From: Ginglymostoma cirratum
Taxonomy: Eukaryota
Assembly (NCBI GenBank): GCA_024137785.1
Contig: JAHRHZ010000048.1
Span: 6,975,654-7,039,653, forward strand
Reading direction: 5' to 3'
Length of the DNA: 64,000 nucleotides
Shown: in pieces, positions 62,024 through 64,000 of the stretch
Position numbering within the stretch: the stretch's first letter is position 1
Layout of the letters: the number at the start of each line of letters is the position of its first letter
The notes under the pieces: generated by a model
Databases searched by the model: none
Told to the model about the DNA's origin: nothing
The model's input: only the letters and a program-made list of their open reading frames with translations
Program-made: the position numbers and the translations under genes

Positions 62024-63429
62024 TGTGGCTGAGGAAGTTCAAGGGGACAGTGCACTGTAAACTGTACCTGTTCTTGCCCAGTACTTCTACAATTGCTCCT
62101 AGGGAGCACCAGTGGGCCCATATCACATGTACATGAAATAGCCACTTGTCCTTTTCTCCCTGTTATGACACTGACACAAAGCAGTTCTGAAAGCCATCAA
62201 CCAGTGCACACTGCTCCCCATCAATTCATGTCTTTCTATTCATCACCAAAGCTGCTCAGAGATAACTTGCCACCTTGTAACTAAAGCCAGAAGTGGTGGG
62301 AAATAGTATGTGACATACTAAAGAATGTAAACTTTTTTTTTACCAGGTACCCATGTACATAACCTTCTGCTGCTTTAAAACCTCAGTCTTCCGCTTCCTA
62401 TTGGTCCTTTGTGATGCAATGCTAGTGGTTTCAGTAGATGTGGAGGAGAGTGGTTTCAGGCCCCTGCCTCTGACTGCTCGGGTGCTCTTGACTAAAGATC
62501 TCTGAGTTTTGGAGCCCGTGAGGATTCCAACAAAGACTGCTCCATCTGTATCTGGGCAAGGGCACACACAGGCAATAGGAAACAAGACGATAATGGCTAA
62601 TTGATTGGTGAGAAGTTGATGAGTTTGGAGTGGAGTCCCCACTTTGTGACTCCTCTTGCTCTTAGCCCTCTTGTGGTCCAATTGCATTTCATTGCTATCA
62701 TTCAGCTGGTGAACATTTTGCAGCTGCTTAGACTATAATGAAGGTATATCTCATCTTATTTAAAGCACCAAATATTTTGGCATCCAAAGTCTGCTATGGT
62801 CAAAACACCAAGGACTCTGTTAATAGTTCTGTAAAGTTCATATAAGAGTACATTATCACAGTGCACTGCTCTGTAATGATAAACATGTAACATGCTATCT
62901 TGACAGTGCAGCATTCCTCCTGTACTGCTTTAAAGTGTCAACAAAACTGATTATTGAATCTTTTGAGGATTTTGGACACAGATGTGGTATTTGTTGGAGC
63001 TTAGGGGTTTCACTACTGTACAGTCAAAGGGCTTAGTGATGCAAGCCTAAGACCTTGCAATGTCTCCATTACATTTTGGATATATTTCAAAACAAAATAC
63101 TGTAAATTTGACTCTGTAGTGCCTGAACACTAATCTGTTGAGTGTATTGCCTGTATGGCAAGTAAGAAGCGTGCAAACAGTTGCAGCTGGAAGTGCGTCG
63201 CACGTCATTTTAGCAGAAGATGTTTTGCTGATGCCAGGAGAAGCATACTGGCAGCATTGAAAGTAAAGAACACCATACGTAAATTAGCGTGCTGCTTATC
63301 TTTTAGGACCTGCGTTCAACTTTTGACAAATCTCAACAACTGCCAAATGCAAGGAGTTTACAGATTTCTAACGAAGCAGATGTATTTATATACCATTTAT
63401 ATCTTCAAATGTATTTTTATACCATCACT

Positions 63430-63768
63430 GGGGAGGTAACGATCTAGTGGCATTATTCCTAGACTTTTAACCCAGAAACTCATCTAATATGCTGAGGACC
63501 TGGGTTCAAATCCTGCCATGGTAGCTGGTGGAATTTGAATTCAATAAAGAATCTGGATTTAAGGGTCTAATGATGACCATGAAACGATTGTCAGGGGAAA
63601 AACCCAACTGATTCACTAATGTCCTTCAGGGATGGAAATCTGTTATCCTTGCCTGGTCTAGCCTACACGTGACTCCAGACCCATGGCAAAGTGTTTGACT
63701 CTAAATTAGGGATGGACAATAAATGCTGGTCTGGCCAGAGTTACCTACATCTGTGAGTGAGTTAAAAG
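63430..63768 (+). mobile_element. tRNA-derived SINE sharing its 3' tail with the family B LINE
   Basis: A-box-like gatctagtgg, B box gggttcaaatcc, tail tagggatggacaataaatgctggtc matching 37354-37410 and 48680-48740. Confidence 0.8.
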
Positions 63769-64000
63769 TTTTTTTTTGTTAAATTAATGAGTGTATTACT
63801 TGCTGCTTGTTTCTCCTGTTCCAAGCTCAAACTTCTGTTCAGGTTCCTCCTCTTCTGGAGAACTAAACCAAACCCCTCAGTTCTCTCTGCACCATGCTAC
63901 TGACTGCTCTCCTGCTTCCCAGAAGGAGGTTAAAGACAGAAGTAGACCATTCAGCCCATCAAGTCTGTTTCACCAGGAAGCAATGAGTTCATGATTGATC

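Noticed and set aside
1-64000. CRISPR arrays, rRNA or prokaryotic operon-type systems
   Set aside because: No regularly spaced repeats or dense gene structure; the sequence is vertebrate repeat-rich DNA.

Overview
Repeat-dense, apparently gene-free eukaryotic DNA (intergenic or a large intron). It is most likely from a shark/ray, inferred from abundant HE1-type V-SINEs, DeuSINE-like SINEs and CR1 LINEs. I find no intact host or TE protein-coding gene, and nearly all long ORFs in the track are TE fragments or their antisense. Main contents: (i) a decayed ~6.5-kb endogenous retrovirus (51146-57646; LTR-PBS-gag-pro-RT-RNaseH-IN-env) with a 5-bp TSD, inserted inside the LTR of an older Gypsy element, with a tRNA-Ser-like PBS and an apparent -1 frameshift gag/pro junction; (ii) a Penelope-like element (19260-21100) plus about ten short terminus-derived, often palindromic copies carrying minimal hammerhead-ribozyme motifs, one with an 11-bp TSD; (iii) three PIF/Harbinger relics, one with both transposase and Myb/SANT genes; (iv) many nested CR1, CR1/L2-group, L2, RTE, Rex/Babar and Tx1 fragments and their partner SINEs; (v) a 300-bp locally templated insertion, a CTCF-like motif and a few unique, possibly conserved non-coding islands. 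There is a 400-N gap at 60812-61211. All family names come from motif recognition by eye, with no database search. Boundaries without a quoted junction are approximate.
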